Shown: in pieces, positions 29,123 to 47,922 of the stretch | How positions within the stretch are numbered: the stretch's first letter is position 1 | How the letters are laid out: each line of letters begins with the position of its first letter | From: the human T2T-CHM13v2.0 reference genome, Homo sapiens | Direction: 5' to 3' (one strand) | Assembly: GCF_009914755.1 (NCBI RefSeq) | Contig: NC_060930.1 | Length of the DNA: 64,000 nucleotides | Position numbers and translations under genes: made by a program | Notes under the pieces: model-generated | Databases searched by the model: none | What the model was told of the DNA's origin: nothing | Seen by the model: the letters and a program-made list of their open reading frames with translations, nothing else

Positions 29123-31794
29123 GTCAGCTAATTTTTATGTATATTCAAAGATAAAATTTTATTTATTGTCATAATTACCTTTACCCAATCTATTTTTTAT
29201 TGTTTGTTTCAAATTACACCAATAAAAATGTGACAATAACCATGCTCATCCTTAGACTAACACCAATGTTTAGAAGCAGTTTCACCATATAGTTCCATTT
29301 TTAAAAAATTCTAAATATTTGCTATATTCTTTAATTGAGTCTTCCCAAAGCAATCTTTGAACTAATTGTTGGTTTCTCAGATTTCTATTTTGTTATCTTT
29401 AAGACACTCTTTAAATCTCATCAAAAATCTTCATGGAAATTAATTACATTGTACCCAAACGTTATAAAATCTTACCATTTAAAGATACTTTAGAGTTCAT
29501 TTGAACTATTCTTCAAAGAATTAGCAATGAAGTTCTTTTGGATTGATTGATATTCATGTACCCAAGAAAGATAGGTAGAATATTAATTCATTTTATTATT
29601 TCCAAAGAGAAGGTGTGAAAATAAACTAGAACACAGTTGAGTTGGCAGAACTGAGTTTGTGTTTACAAAACTGAAAAGGCTGGACCACAATGTGGTTTAC
29701 TGGTGATATATTAATTTAGATAACAATTAAATCTCGGAGACTTACCATATTGAAAGTTTATTTTTTGGTTTACACAAATCTGATATACTGGATAGGGGCT
29801 TTTCTCCTTTCATTTACTCAAGGATCCAGGTTCCAGTCCAATATGCACCATTCAGCCTGGTTGCAGCATGTTAAGCAGCCCTGGAGGCAGCAGGTGAGCT
29901 CTTCATTGCCTTGGACCAAAATTATATGTCACTGCTGGTGTCCTTTATTTGGCTAAAACTAGTCATAAAGACCTGCTAGACCCTACCTTGGCCAGTCTCT
30001 ACCTAGTTATCCCCCCTTGTCACCATGTATTAATTAAATGCACTCTCCTTTCCATATGCGTAATGGACTGACCTCTCTCCAAGTGACCCAATGTAAAGGC
30101 ATCCAGTCTCTGCATCTAGTTCAACGGTCAGGGTCACTGGTTGTGCTTGTTAAGGAGTATAGAACCAGACATGGGAATTCATGGCAGTCTCTACCACAGG
30201 ATGTTTTGATCAAGTATGCTACATTGAATGCCTTTCACAATCAAAACACAGTCCTAGGTGGTCAGTTATATTTTTACATATCACAATTCAATTAGATGTA
30301 GAGACTAAGAACAGAACAGAAAAGAAACAAAAAATAACCATAGCATTGCTTTTTAAATCAGTTTTCACAGAAAATATCAGTATTGTTAGTTCAAATGTTT
30401 GGAAAAACCAGATTTGATCAGTTAAGATTTAACATCCACGGAGTTAGGATCTTTGGCTTCCTTAACTGTTTTATTTCTCAAAATTTTCAGTAAAAGCTCC
30501 ATGAGCATTTTTATTTACTAAGAAAAAACTGTGAGGTCATTTTACTAGCTATGAAATGATCATGATACCTCACTAGTCACGTGGCGCAGTTCAAAATAAG
30601 ATAATGAAAGAACAGTTAAAATTCATACTTTTTAAATGGAGGTATTGAACTAATAAAATTTTAAAAAGTAGCTTAAAGATAATTTGCTGTATGTTTTTCC
30701 TTTTCTTCACTTTCGATCAGACCCTCATAATATCCATTCAAACCACAGGCTATAAACTGTGGCAAGAGATGGTCCCACAGCAGTGCATGTTTTAAGGTTT
30801 ATCTTCCCTGAGCTCTTTGAGGCGGAATAAACATGGTTACAAATGGAATATTTCTGAGCTTATATTTGACTAAAACAGGCTCAAATCAATTAGCAAAAAT
30901 CAGCTATACAATAGGAGGATTAGAGAAATGATTATTTCTAGAACCATTTAACACCTCTTTAGGAAAACGGCAGCTGTTAACCCAAACCCATTACTTAGAA
31001 CTTTTCTGGCAATAACATGTACCTCAGTCTGAATTTTCAGACCAAATAGCTCAGTCTGAATTTTCAGTCTAATAGTTTCTCGTGTAAGGCATAAAATATA
31101 TTTTTAAATGGGACTCCAGCATTGAGTTGAAAAACTGCTTGTTTCATTCAGGTAAGAGTAGTGGCTTTTTGTACAACTAAAAAAAAAAATTCCTTTCTGT
31201 CTCTGCCTTTGTTTATCCATTTGTAAAAAGGAATTCTTTAAATTTTCATAGCATAATTGGGAAAAACGTATTTCGAGCCCGATTTCCAATAACATAAAAT
31301 TCTGAAAACTTTGAAAATGAAAATGAATTCATTTAACAATTTTATGTTTTGTCTCATTCTGCAAAAATATGCCAAATAAAAATAAAGATGAGGGATCCTA
31401 TGAAGCAACTTTCAGACATTCAGAACCAAGACAAAAAAAAAGAGAATTAAAGTAAAATATGATGTACCCAGGAGTTACATCAGTGAACCAAATACAGCCT
31501 CAAATTTCGATCTGTGCTTCACAGCAGCCAGCAAAAAGAACAAAACATATTTTGTTAGTTCATATAAATAAATAAATTAAAAATGCATGAATAAATAAAT
31601 AAAGCAAACCAGTTTCTCGATTCTGAAATATTTTCTGGAAGTGAGAACTGAAAGGAATTTCCACCATGGACCCACAAGCAGGTAGATTGGATTAAGTCTT
31701 TAAAACCTCCTGGTCATAGATGTGATATGAAGTTTCTTTTGACTTTTTATTTTAATGTTTAATGATTATGACAATAATGGCTAATAATTTCCCA

Positions 31795-32200
31795 TGACCC
31801 ATTTATTCAACAGTTGTTGGTGGCATATATAATGAGTGCTGGGTGTTAAGGAAGCAATGGTGAAGGAGAGACACCCTCCCGACCCTCATGGTGCTTGCAG
31901 CCTAGTGGAGCTATGAAAAGATAGGCAAGTGAGTCCTATGATTGGAGAAGTAATGAGAAGTAATGAGAAGCGTCTTCTAAGCATAGGGGTAAAGACTGCA
32001 AAGACCCTGAAGGGAGAAAGTAATGGCCATTCTGAGAACTGAAAGTTTGCACAGTGCACAGAGGGCATGAAGAACGAAGGAAAGGTGAGATTACAGAGGT
32101 ATGCTGGTAACTAGATCATAAAGGGCTTCATAAGCCATGTTAACAAATCTGGCCTTCAACATGAGGACAGTGAACCAAAGCAAAGTTTAATGAAAATGAT
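31795..32200 (-). mobile_element. L2 fragment
   Basis: 'atttattcaacagttgttg...ccctcatggtgcttgcagcctagtgg...agatcataaagggcttcataagccatgttaa'. Confidence 0.65.
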
Positions 32201-32504
32201 TCTGAGGTTTGCCAAAACAAAACACTCAAAAAACAACCAACAAAGAAACTGAACTCCAGCAATGCCATTGGATGAACTCAACATAATGAAAGGCTTATAA
32301 AGTGTGAGATGAACAGGGAAATGTAATGCTTATTCTGTGTGACCTGCTACTAGTCCCTAATAGAGCAATTGGTTTCTACTCCAAGAGGGACCAGACTGCA
32401 AGAGACACAGCTCATTCCCTTGCAGTCTTGAGTCTCTTCCAACAGATAGATACATACTCTGTCAGCCTAGCGAGGTCACACATCTGGCATGGCTGCTTGT
32501 ATCA

Positions 32505-32939
<435 letters not shown>

Positions 32940-35900
32940 TTAAAAGCTTGACAGATTGTCAGAAAATTTTTTGTTATAGTTATGTCTTCAGTGAACTGAG
33001 AACAGTGAGCTTTGCTTTCCTTAGAAGACAGGGGCTAAAAAGATTCTCTTCCCTGTGTGTTACAAGAGAGGAAAAATGCATGTCTTCTCAATGCAAACCT
33101 CACCCTTTCCAACTATGCGCCCAGGTCTCCTCCACACAGCAACCCCTTCCCTGACCAGACACATCACTTTTTAGAGCTGGAATTTAATTTCCTTACCCAG
33201 TGAAAAATTAAAATGCTTAAGTAATAACATTCAGCAACATTGTCTGCTCTCTGGTATTCACAAAAACAGGGCAATTATGCTTTGCCTCGGGTGGCTGATG
33301 AGGCCACTTTGAATTTAAGGCATTATTTAATAATATCCATGCTTGCATCTAAGTGCATTGTTATAATTATTGGCCATAAAGCTGGGGGGGGGCGTGTATG
33401 TATGGGGGAAATAGTTTTAACTATTTAATTTGATGATGTAACAACACTCTTGCCATTACCATTCCTGCAAATTCATATCTAGCAACAACATGCAATACAT
33501 TTATAACTCAGTATTTCTTTATAACTCAGTATTTCTCTGCATGCATTCTAGTTTAAACTTCGAAAAACCATATAATTACCACTTCAAGTGAACAGGGCTT
33601 TAGGGTGCAGCCACCATCAAGGATATATTAAAATGAAAACACATTGAGGGACCAGAGAGAAGATTGTGACATGTGGGGCAATGAAACTGCATGAGGAATT
33701 TCAGTGCCTGAATTATTCACAGATTATCTATTTTGGCAGCCTTCTTTTCTTTTATAAGAAAACCCACTCATAGATAAGTCTTAATTTTGCTTTTGGCTGA
33801 TATAGTTTGGGGAAGGAGTCATCTTTAATGAGGTGGTCATATGTGTTGAGGAGACTGTGGAATAGTGTTAGGGCAGTTGACTTTGAACCCAATAAGCAAT
33901 GGTTCAAACCCCAATATAATCTCCTTCATAACCTCATAAGTCACAAGGCTTCAGAGTACTTCTTCAGGAAACTGAATTTCCAAGTACAATCTGTTCCACA
34001 GATATGTGAGGTTACGTTATGTGGCTCATGAAAAGAATTGGAAATAACAAAGCTGTGCTTGTTAATCTTAGAAAGAGCGAATTTAGAGGATATAATTGTT
34101 TTAGATTGTCTGCCAGGTTTGTCAAAAAGAAATTGGGATTTGATTTATTGATCTTCATTGCTCCAGTGGGTAAAATATCTCCAAGAGATAAAATATACAG
34201 AAAGCAAATTTCCACTGAATATAAGATGTATTTTTACATTTGAGTCTGTGATAACCATTTGTCATAATTATTTTCTAGAGATTTTTTTTTTTTTTTTTTT
34301 GCCCAAGATGGCAAGTTGCTTAAAACCTAAAGCTCCTTTCAATTCTTTACAATCCAAGATTATATGGAATGGACTGGGAACAAAGAGAGGGACTGGCATT
34401 TAAAGTCTTTTAGTAAGTATAAATTTATTTCATTGAAATGGGTCTCTGTAGGATAGGAACCCAACTTTCCCCATCTGTATCTCCATCTCCTTCTCCCATG
34501 ACACACCCCACTAATGGTTTCCAGTGGCAGAAGTCCAAGATACAGTAATCCTGTTTGTTTGATGACTAAACATCCTTTTATGCCTGGAGGATCAACTCTA
34601 ACAGTCAAACAAACTGAATTAGTGCCTAATGCCGAAACCAGAGCACTCTCTGGACTTTAAAGAGTGGCCTGAATCACCAATATTTCTATTCTAATTAGTG
34701 ACTCCCTAGAGGAAAAATCACTTTGCTTCACTTCAGTTGATTATGACAAACTTTTGGGAATATAATTGGCCAAAAGAGCACTGAGTTTAAAATGCATGTT
34801 GAGGTTCTTGGGTAGCATGAATCTATACCAAGTATACATAGAGACCATGAACTGGCATATGTTTCTCACTTTCTCAAAGTAAATGTTTTGATTTGACTTG
34901 ATTTGCATTTAGGGTAAGTAAAATTGAAACTGAGATGAATGTGTAAGCTGTTTAGAAAGACGTGCCTAAGTCTGATCTGAATTTTACCAAACGTTAATTA
35001 ACCCTTTAGGGAGAGGAATTTTGCATTATTTATTTGTCCTACTCATATATAGCCTGGCTAGAGCTTATGGTTGCCAACATACTATTATTTCATGAAATCT
35101 CCCTCTTACTACGTGAAAATCTTTCACATGTTCAGATTGTTTGCCCTCCTGACCTGGAACAGAAGACCTGCTCTCTGGAAAGGTGATGTCCCAAGGAAGA
35201 CCTGACACTGGGGATTCTGTTATAGTTAGTTATTCTAGGAAGGAATAGCAAACTCCCTGGATCTTCTGTGGCATGGAAAGCAAATTGTGAACTAGAAGTA
35301 AAGAACAGAGAGTGAGATGGAGCCCAAGATAGAGTATTTCTCCTTCACAATGTAGTTTCAGGTAGACTTCTATGATATAATCCTAACATAGAGATTTGTG
35401 ATTTAGGAAGTAACATTATTCAATGACATCCTCTTCCCCACTCTTCTAAGGTGCTTTCCAAGTTCCAGGAACTGCATTTTTAGATAAATAAGACCATAGG
35501 GAAAGGAATTATGTCATCATGACTATGCACATAGAAAGACCAATAGTAAAGAGAAAACTTTTATCTTGTATGTTAGACTTTCATTATTTTTCTTTTTCAT
35601 ATGAAATCACCAATATTTAGAAGAGTATTGGACATCATTTCTTGCCACAGACTGAGTACTTCACTGTTACTAACTATGGTTGGACTCCAGTTGAACCTGT
35701 TCTGAATTAATCTGAAGTTCTTATTGAAATTGAAAAGAATATTTAAGGGTCAACTCCTGGTTCTGTTGACATGAATAAAGTATGCATAGAAAGTCCTGTC
35801 ATCATCACAGGTAGCCCTGATAGTCACATTCTTCCAACACCATGTCATCTGTTATGTTTGGAATAGATCATCTTTCTACAACCTCCCAACTACTCACCCT

Positions 35901-37094
35901 GCTATGAACCATCTTTGTCACTCCCTGCTCTGAAAAAAAATTTTTTTTTTTCAGAAAGAGGGAGGTAAAAAATTAAACTAGAGTAACTTAAGCATCACAT
36001 TTACTCAGAATATGTTGCTTTTTAATTTCCAGTTCAACATTTGTCTTTAATTAGGAAGAAAGAATACATATGTTACATTGTCATAGCTAGTTAATCTTAT
36101 CATTTTTTTCTTTGTCCCAGTACACTTTGGAACAAATGTTATTCTCCATTCATCCTGACACTAAATTGGTTAGCCAAACCCAAAGATCTACTAATAATCC
36201 TGCTTTGGCATGGGAGAATGAGTGAGATAAGGAGGCAATAGAGGAGATGAATCGACAAATGGAAGGAATAGAATTCTGGTTGATGTCCTTGTCTCTAAGC
36301 TGTAGCAGCAAGTATTTATCCTAAGTACGTAAGATTGTTAAATAATGATGAATGCCATTTGATTATCACCTCTTGCAGTAGAAGTCTAACTCCAGATTGC
36401 ATTAATCTCTTTCTCTATTTATTTGTCTCCTCTATTATCTTATATATAGATAAGGTATATGTGCACGTACCTGGTTGAAAAGGAATATCCATCTATTCAG
36501 ATTCAGGGATTAATGGAATAAAAAAACCACTATTTTTTCTTTATTTAAAAAAGCCACATTTTTTATAGCATAGCCTTCTTGGTTCTCTTTCTTAAGAAAA
36601 GGTATTAAAATTTGAACCTGTTCAGAGAATGTTAATTTTAACCATCAGTTAGAATTCAAGTATCAGTTAGAATCACAAATAAGTGACTCCTCAGATTCAT
36701 ATGCAACTTGTAATGCAGTTTCAAGTTTGGTTGTGGCAAAATCTTAAATTATTGTGTATCTTAAATTATTGTGTATCTGGACAGTGGGAATACCCAAAAA
36801 TCTTTTAAGTGATTGACCAGAATGGGAGAGGGTTTTTATACTATAACCTGAGATTTCAAAATAATAACATCTTAATCCTACTTATTCAAATAATTACCAA
36901 GTTAATATAAACAAAGAGTTTTAGAGATTGCAGAAAACCTATAGCAAAGACATTATGACCACATCATAATTCACAATCTATCTGTAATTTTAAGAGCTAC
37001 AAGGATAAAATTATAATTCTTCCTTATCTAATATGACTAATATATATTAGTACAAAGCTATCCAGGGCTGTTGACCAGATTGTTAAAAACTTTG

Positions 37095-38105
<1,011 letters not shown>

Positions 38106-40066
38106 TTAATATTTTAAAGAAAGATCCTGATGTCTATCTTCTAATAAATTAAGTGTGTTATAATAAATTAATGTGTGTTATATGACACACAATTTTTAAT
38201 AGAATGCTTTTTGTATATATTATATAATCCATTTTCTTTCAACCTTTTATGTGTTTTTGTTTGTAAATACCTTGAACAATGCCTTGCACATAATATAGTC
38301 AGTAATTACATAGCACTTTATATTGTAATTCTTTTTTATGAGAAAGCTAAAAAAATACAACTATAGTCTTCAGTCTTTTTTACTTCTATTAAAAGGACCA
38401 AAAGAATTTAGGTCAGCATTCTCCTTTTATAAAACATAAGAGATAAAAGCCATTTCTTGGTTTTGTTGTTGTTGTTGTTTTGTTTTGTTGGTCCTTATCC
38501 AAGTGTTATTTTTGTTAAACCAAAAACAATTTAAGAGGGAGGAAAAAAATTCCTGTCATTAACAAAGTGTATATCTGTCTATCCAGTTCAAACTAAATTA
38601 AATAAACAAACATCTATTGAGTATCTAATACGTGAGCAACAATATTCTGGGTGCTGATAGGGTTCAAGGAAATATGTGCTCTCAGAAAATATTGTATTTT
38701 TTGTTTTACAAAAACAAGCCACATAAAATGAGATGTTACACAATTCTTTACATTTTACATATGATCCAGCATTTGCATTTGTGGTTTCTTACATGTGTCA
38801 TGACTATAAATTACTTAGGAATATAAATATACATGTGTGTATATATATCTGTTATACATATGCATACATAATTTTAATGTAATATTAAAAAATAATGACA
38901 CTTAAGGCTTTAAATATAATATTTGTGAGAATCAGTGCTGAAAAACTGTTATCAGTTTGCTAGGTGCTCATATACATAAATTGAGATAAAGCAAATGTCT
39001 TGATCTGACATGTTTATTTTATTCAAGCAGGTCTAATAACTGAGCTGGGAAAGCTTAGAACCATTTGGTCCACTTTATTTAATCTCTGTTCTTTATAGTT
39101 TGACACTGTATGTCATTTGAGTGAAAGTTCTATTGAAATGATCTTTCTTTTAATGTATCTTGGCATCTTAGGAGCATGTTCCACAAGAAAATTTTTGATT
39201 GCTGTACATTTTTAATATCAACAACTACATAAAAAACCTCTCAGTGATTGAAATGAATTAAGCCATAATTGTCCTTGGCTTTCATGTTTTGGTAAAGCCA
39301 CAGAATTAAACACCTTGGAGATTTTCTTAGACCTTAAGTTTATTTCTCACCATTTAACATTTCTGAAGTTAAAAGAACCACAAAAAAAAGTCAAGGGCAA
39401 CTGCAGAAGTAAACTCAGAACAATAAAGAGTGAGTTTAAAGAGCACCTGGAATTGATGATAAAAGTGAAACTATCAGCCATCTATATTTTTCCTCATATA
39501 ATGTAAAATATCAGTTGATAAGCTTGTCACAAACTGGAGTGACAATTAATTGAATTATTGAGCATTAGTGACTACATTTTCTTAAATGTATGGATATTTA
39601 ATATGATATAAATATGCAATATACTTTCCACTTGAATGGGTTGGAATTTAGCAATTTTTTAATTGTAGTTTTACACTTTCCATTAATTTGACAGCATTGA
39701 ATGTAAATCAGCTTGAGTTTATTGCTCTAAGAGAGTATAAGTTAAAAACTGTACAATTACAAATTCATCTAAGAGGACATTAAAAGTGACTTTTAAACTA
39801 AGGAAGTACATGTCCAGACATTGTGGCTCTGGGTCACTCTCACCACTATTCCCTGCCACCAGGATTAACCTGTAATTCCTAATACCCATAGGAGTAAGGT
39901 TCTGACATGATGTCATTTGCTATAGCTCTCTTTTTTTTTTTTTTTTTTTTAGTATTGCATGAGCATATCAACTGGTATAAATGAATTCTGATTTTAAAAA
40001 TCCATTTAATCTCCAACTCTGTTGTTTTACAGTAAATAGTGATTTAAAACAAATGTTCTACATTTT

Positions 40067-40188
40067 AAAAAGTTTGTTTTATTATAACTAAGTTCTGGGA
40101 TACAGGTGCAGAACGTGCAGGTTTGTTACATAGGTATACACTTGCCATGGTGGTTTGCTGCACCCATCAACCCATCATCTACATTAGG
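40067..40188 (-). mobile_element. Very short 5'-truncated L1PA7/8-like 3' end
   Basis: 'aagttctgggatacaggtgcagaacgtgcaggtttgttacataggtatacac..ccatggtggtttgctgcacccatcaaccc'; TSD aatgttctacatttt/aatattctacttttt. Confidence 0.9.
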
Positions 40189-40666
40189 AATATTCTACTT
40201 TTTAATCCAATATTTCTGCATTGGTTAATAATTTTAAGAAGAATAAAAATTATGTATACACTACAAAGATTAAATGATAAGTTACATAATGATAAGAGAA
40301 TTCTTGAAACTGATGGGATATTGATTCAATTGGTCAAAAATAAATCACTCCTTTCATAAACGAAGGAAACGTCAAAGCCCTGTATTCATAATGTCCATGA
40401 AAATGGAGGGGAATGCAAGGGAGTAAGAGAGTACAGGGCTGGAGAAAGAATTGAACCACTCAATGCTATTTAACAGGAAAAGTTTAAAGTTTTCATTGAT
40501 CCACCATTGTTTTGACACATATGGCTAAACGTATGCATTCTTATTTTTTATATTTTACCTTTTATTAGGGCAGATACAAATTTCATCTCAGTGTTTAGTT
40601 TCCTGACAAAATGTCTCTATGATCTCTGCCAGGCCACACATAGTGCTCTTTAGGAATAATTGTTCC

Positions 40667-41704
40667 TGTTATGAACTGAATTGTGTCCCTCTCCCACCAA
40701 GTTCTTATGTTGAAGTCCTGATCTCTAGGACTTCAGAATGTGGCTTTATTTGGAGACAGGGTTTATACAAAAGTATAATTATTAAGCTAATTATATTGTA
40801 TTGGGGGGCCCCAATACAATATAATTGGTGTCCTTTTAAGAAGGAAGATTAGGACACAGATGCACACAGGGAAGGCCATGTAAAGATAAAGGGAAGAGAA
40901 GATGGCCATCTTCAAGCCGAGGAGAGAAGCCTCAGAAGAAACCAGTCCTGTTGACAACTTAATCTCAGACTTCCAGCCCCAGAATTGTGAGAAAACAAAT
41001 TTCTGTCTCTGTATATTTTATATATATATAATATAATTATAATATATAATTATATTATATATTATACTATAATATATAGTTCTTTATATATAATATATAA
41101 ATATATACATATATATAATATATAAAGAATATTATATATTATAGGATATATATAATATATAAAGAATATTATATATTATAGGATATATATATAATATATA
41201 AAGAATATATATTATAGGATATATAATATATATATGATACTATCTATAATATATGATATATAATATATAATATATATGATACTATCTATAATATATAATA
41301 TATATGACACTATCTATAATATATAATATATGATACTATCTATAATATATAATATATATGATACTATCTATAATATATAATATATATGATACTATCTCTA
41401 TAATATATTATACTATCTATAATATATATGATACTATCTATAATATATATGATACTATCTATAATATATATGATACTATCTATAATATATAATACATGAT
41501 ACTATCTATAATATATATGATACTATCTATAATGTATAATATATGATACTATCTATAATATATAATATATGATACTATCCATAATATATAATATATGATA
41601 CTATCTATAATATATAAAGAACTATATTATAATTATATATTATATATTATAGAGAGAACTATATTAGTTCTCTCTATATATAATTGCAAATCTAAACCAA
41701 GACA
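40667..41704 (+). mobile_element. MLT1B-like LTR with a minisatellite expanded in its 3' end
   Basis: 'tgttatgaactgaattgtgtccc...gagaagatggccatcttcaagccgaggagagaagcctcagaagaaacc...gaattgtgagaaaacaaatttctgt'; putative terminus 'aaaccaagaca' at 41704. Confidence 0.85.
41012..41685. repeat. AT-rich compound minisatellite
   Basis: 3 copies of TATAAAGAATAT(TATAT)ATTATAGGATAT, then ~15 copies of ATATGATACTATCTATA(ATATATA) with a 21-28-bp period. Confidence 0.95.
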
Positions 41705-44047
41705 GGTAGAATTGTGCTAGGAAGAGAAGAGTCTTAATAAAATTATCATTATGACCTAAGTTCTTCCGAGAGTTAAGACAGGAATAACATTTTTTTCACT
41801 CGGTTTATACTATTCCTGCTCCATGATACGGTGCTGAAATGGGAAACCTATCCAAGGGGATCTAATTATTTCTCCTAAATTATTAATATATTTGGACATT
41901 AAGCTTTTGATATTTTCCATAGCATTAGAAATGCCCTGATATTAGTTCATTACTTTTACCACTATAGTTTTAAAGCCTGGAATAATGCATAATATAATGA
42001 TTTATTTTCTGGCTTTACTATAATGCAAAAGGAATAGGAATACCTGCCATGAAATCAAAGGAAGGCATTGATTTATGCTCTGGGAAGAATGAATTGAAAA
42101 TTGAATAAAGACAAGAGAAAATAAAATTTCCTAGACCCAGAACAAATGGAAATTGATTTAATTTACTGAAAAGAAATCACCTCTTTGAGTAGTCAAGCAA
42201 AGCATTAGGATCTTGCTGACTACCAGGAAAGGACAAATTAGAATTAGAAGAATCTATGAGTATGTGGACTCCAAATTACTATAGTATCTTTCTGGTAAAT
42301 TTCTCCATTTTACACAAAACAGTATGTAACATTTCAGGGAATCATGGCTTTTTTCCACCAGTAATGTATAATGATATTAAAATATTTTCTTTGCCTTGCC
42401 TTTTAAAAAAAGATTAAATTATATTCTGTCTTGCAGGCACACACCACATGCATTTTTGACAGTGGTGTTTGAAACATATGGGCATTTCAGATGTCTACAG
42501 TTTTCCTAATAACTTTTGATTCCTCTAAAAAAACTTCATTTCCAGAGCCATGGCTAAGAATCCTTGGACAGTGAGAGATGGGGACGGTCACATGTATCAG
42601 GACATAGACTTCTTGCTAGTATAGGACTGACCCCAAGCAACACTTTTAGATTTATAACGAAAGGGTCAGGGAAACTGCCTGCCTGCCAACTGTAAGAAAG
42701 TGACAACAAGGGAAGTTTAAAAAATATGTATTTAAATATTCTCTGTACTGAAAAACAATGTGGCAGAATTGAAATAAAAGTATAGTACCTAAAAATCCTA
42801 AAGATTTGAACTTCTTTTTGATCTCACCTTAGAGGGAAATTTTGACAAAAAACTGCACAGGACTTAATGTAGCACAAAATACATTGAACTATTGGCATCA
42901 TGTGAATGACATAATTTAAGACAGAATAGGACAGACATTTGGAAATATGTGTGTCTTTCTATCTGAAGACCATCTCCATGGTTGGGATGAGTGATTTCCC
43001 CTGAGTGGAGTGGCTAGTCTCATATCATTTATCTTAGAGCAGGAAAGGAGGGAGATGGGCTTGAAGTGGTGAATGAGAGGTTCACCTTGTCCCCAAGTTA
43101 GCCTACAAGACAGGTCCCAGCAATTGTAATTTCTCTTGGTATTTTAGTTTTGTTATTTTCCAGTGACCTCTAAAGTTGCAATAGAGAGAGCTTAGTGTAA
43201 GCTGTGCTCTGGGGAATGGAGGGACTAGTTATGTCGATGCTTGGGGCAAGCAGTTCCCAGCAAAGAAATTGGCAGACATATGGAGAAGCCTATTGTAAGA
43301 GTTAATCCACAAAGATCCAAGATGAAATGCTCTGGCAGGTTAGGAGACTAAGTTAGTGACAACTGACGACCAACATAAACTTTGGGAGTTCACGATATTT
43401 TTTCTCAGGAGGATTCAGTAGAGGAAAGGCTGTTTAGAAGCTTGTATCATTAATCTTTGGGCATTATGGGAATAAGTTTCTAGAGATCTTGGAGGGGGCC
43501 AAAGATTATTAGCTTAAACTATATCTCTGGACTTGAAGTTCAACCTGTTCCCCAAGAACTTAGAAAATGGATAACAACTTTTCTTCTATTAAAATGTAAA
43601 AGCAAAGCCCAATCAGTTAGAGTTGAATGTTCTGGACCAGGGAGACATCATAGTAACAGTAGTGTGAAGAAGGGGAGGGTTAATCAAAACAAGGATGGTC
43701 AGGTAGTAGAAGCATGGAAAAAAAACAAAATTAGTTGTTGATCGTTTCCTTGGAGGAGTGTTTCAGATACGGCAAACCTAAATTAAAATTAATCTTATCA
43801 TGGTGTCATTGATGAGATTATCCCTATTCTATTATTTTTTTATTATACTTTTAAGTTTTAGGGTACATGTGCACAATGTGCAGGTTTGTTACATATGTAT
43901 ACATGTGCCATGTTGGTGTGCTGCACCCATTAACTCGTCATTTAACATTAGGTATATCTCCTAATGCTATCCCTCCCCCCTCCCCCAACCCCACAAAAGG
44001 CCCCGGTGTGTGATGTTCCCCTTCCTGTGTCCAAGTGTTCTCATTGT

Positions 44048-47859
<3,812 letters not shown>

Positions 47860-47922
47860 TATGATGTTAGCTGGTTATTTTGCTCATTAGTTGATGCAGT
47901 TTCTTCCTAGCATCGATGGTCT

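Noticed and set aside
41012-41685. CRISPR-like repeat array
   Set aside because: Eukaryotic context; the 'spacers' are only TA-length variants, so it is a minisatellite.
43164-43338. Acceptor/donor pair suggesting an exon
   Set aside because: Only generic splice-like signals; no other support.
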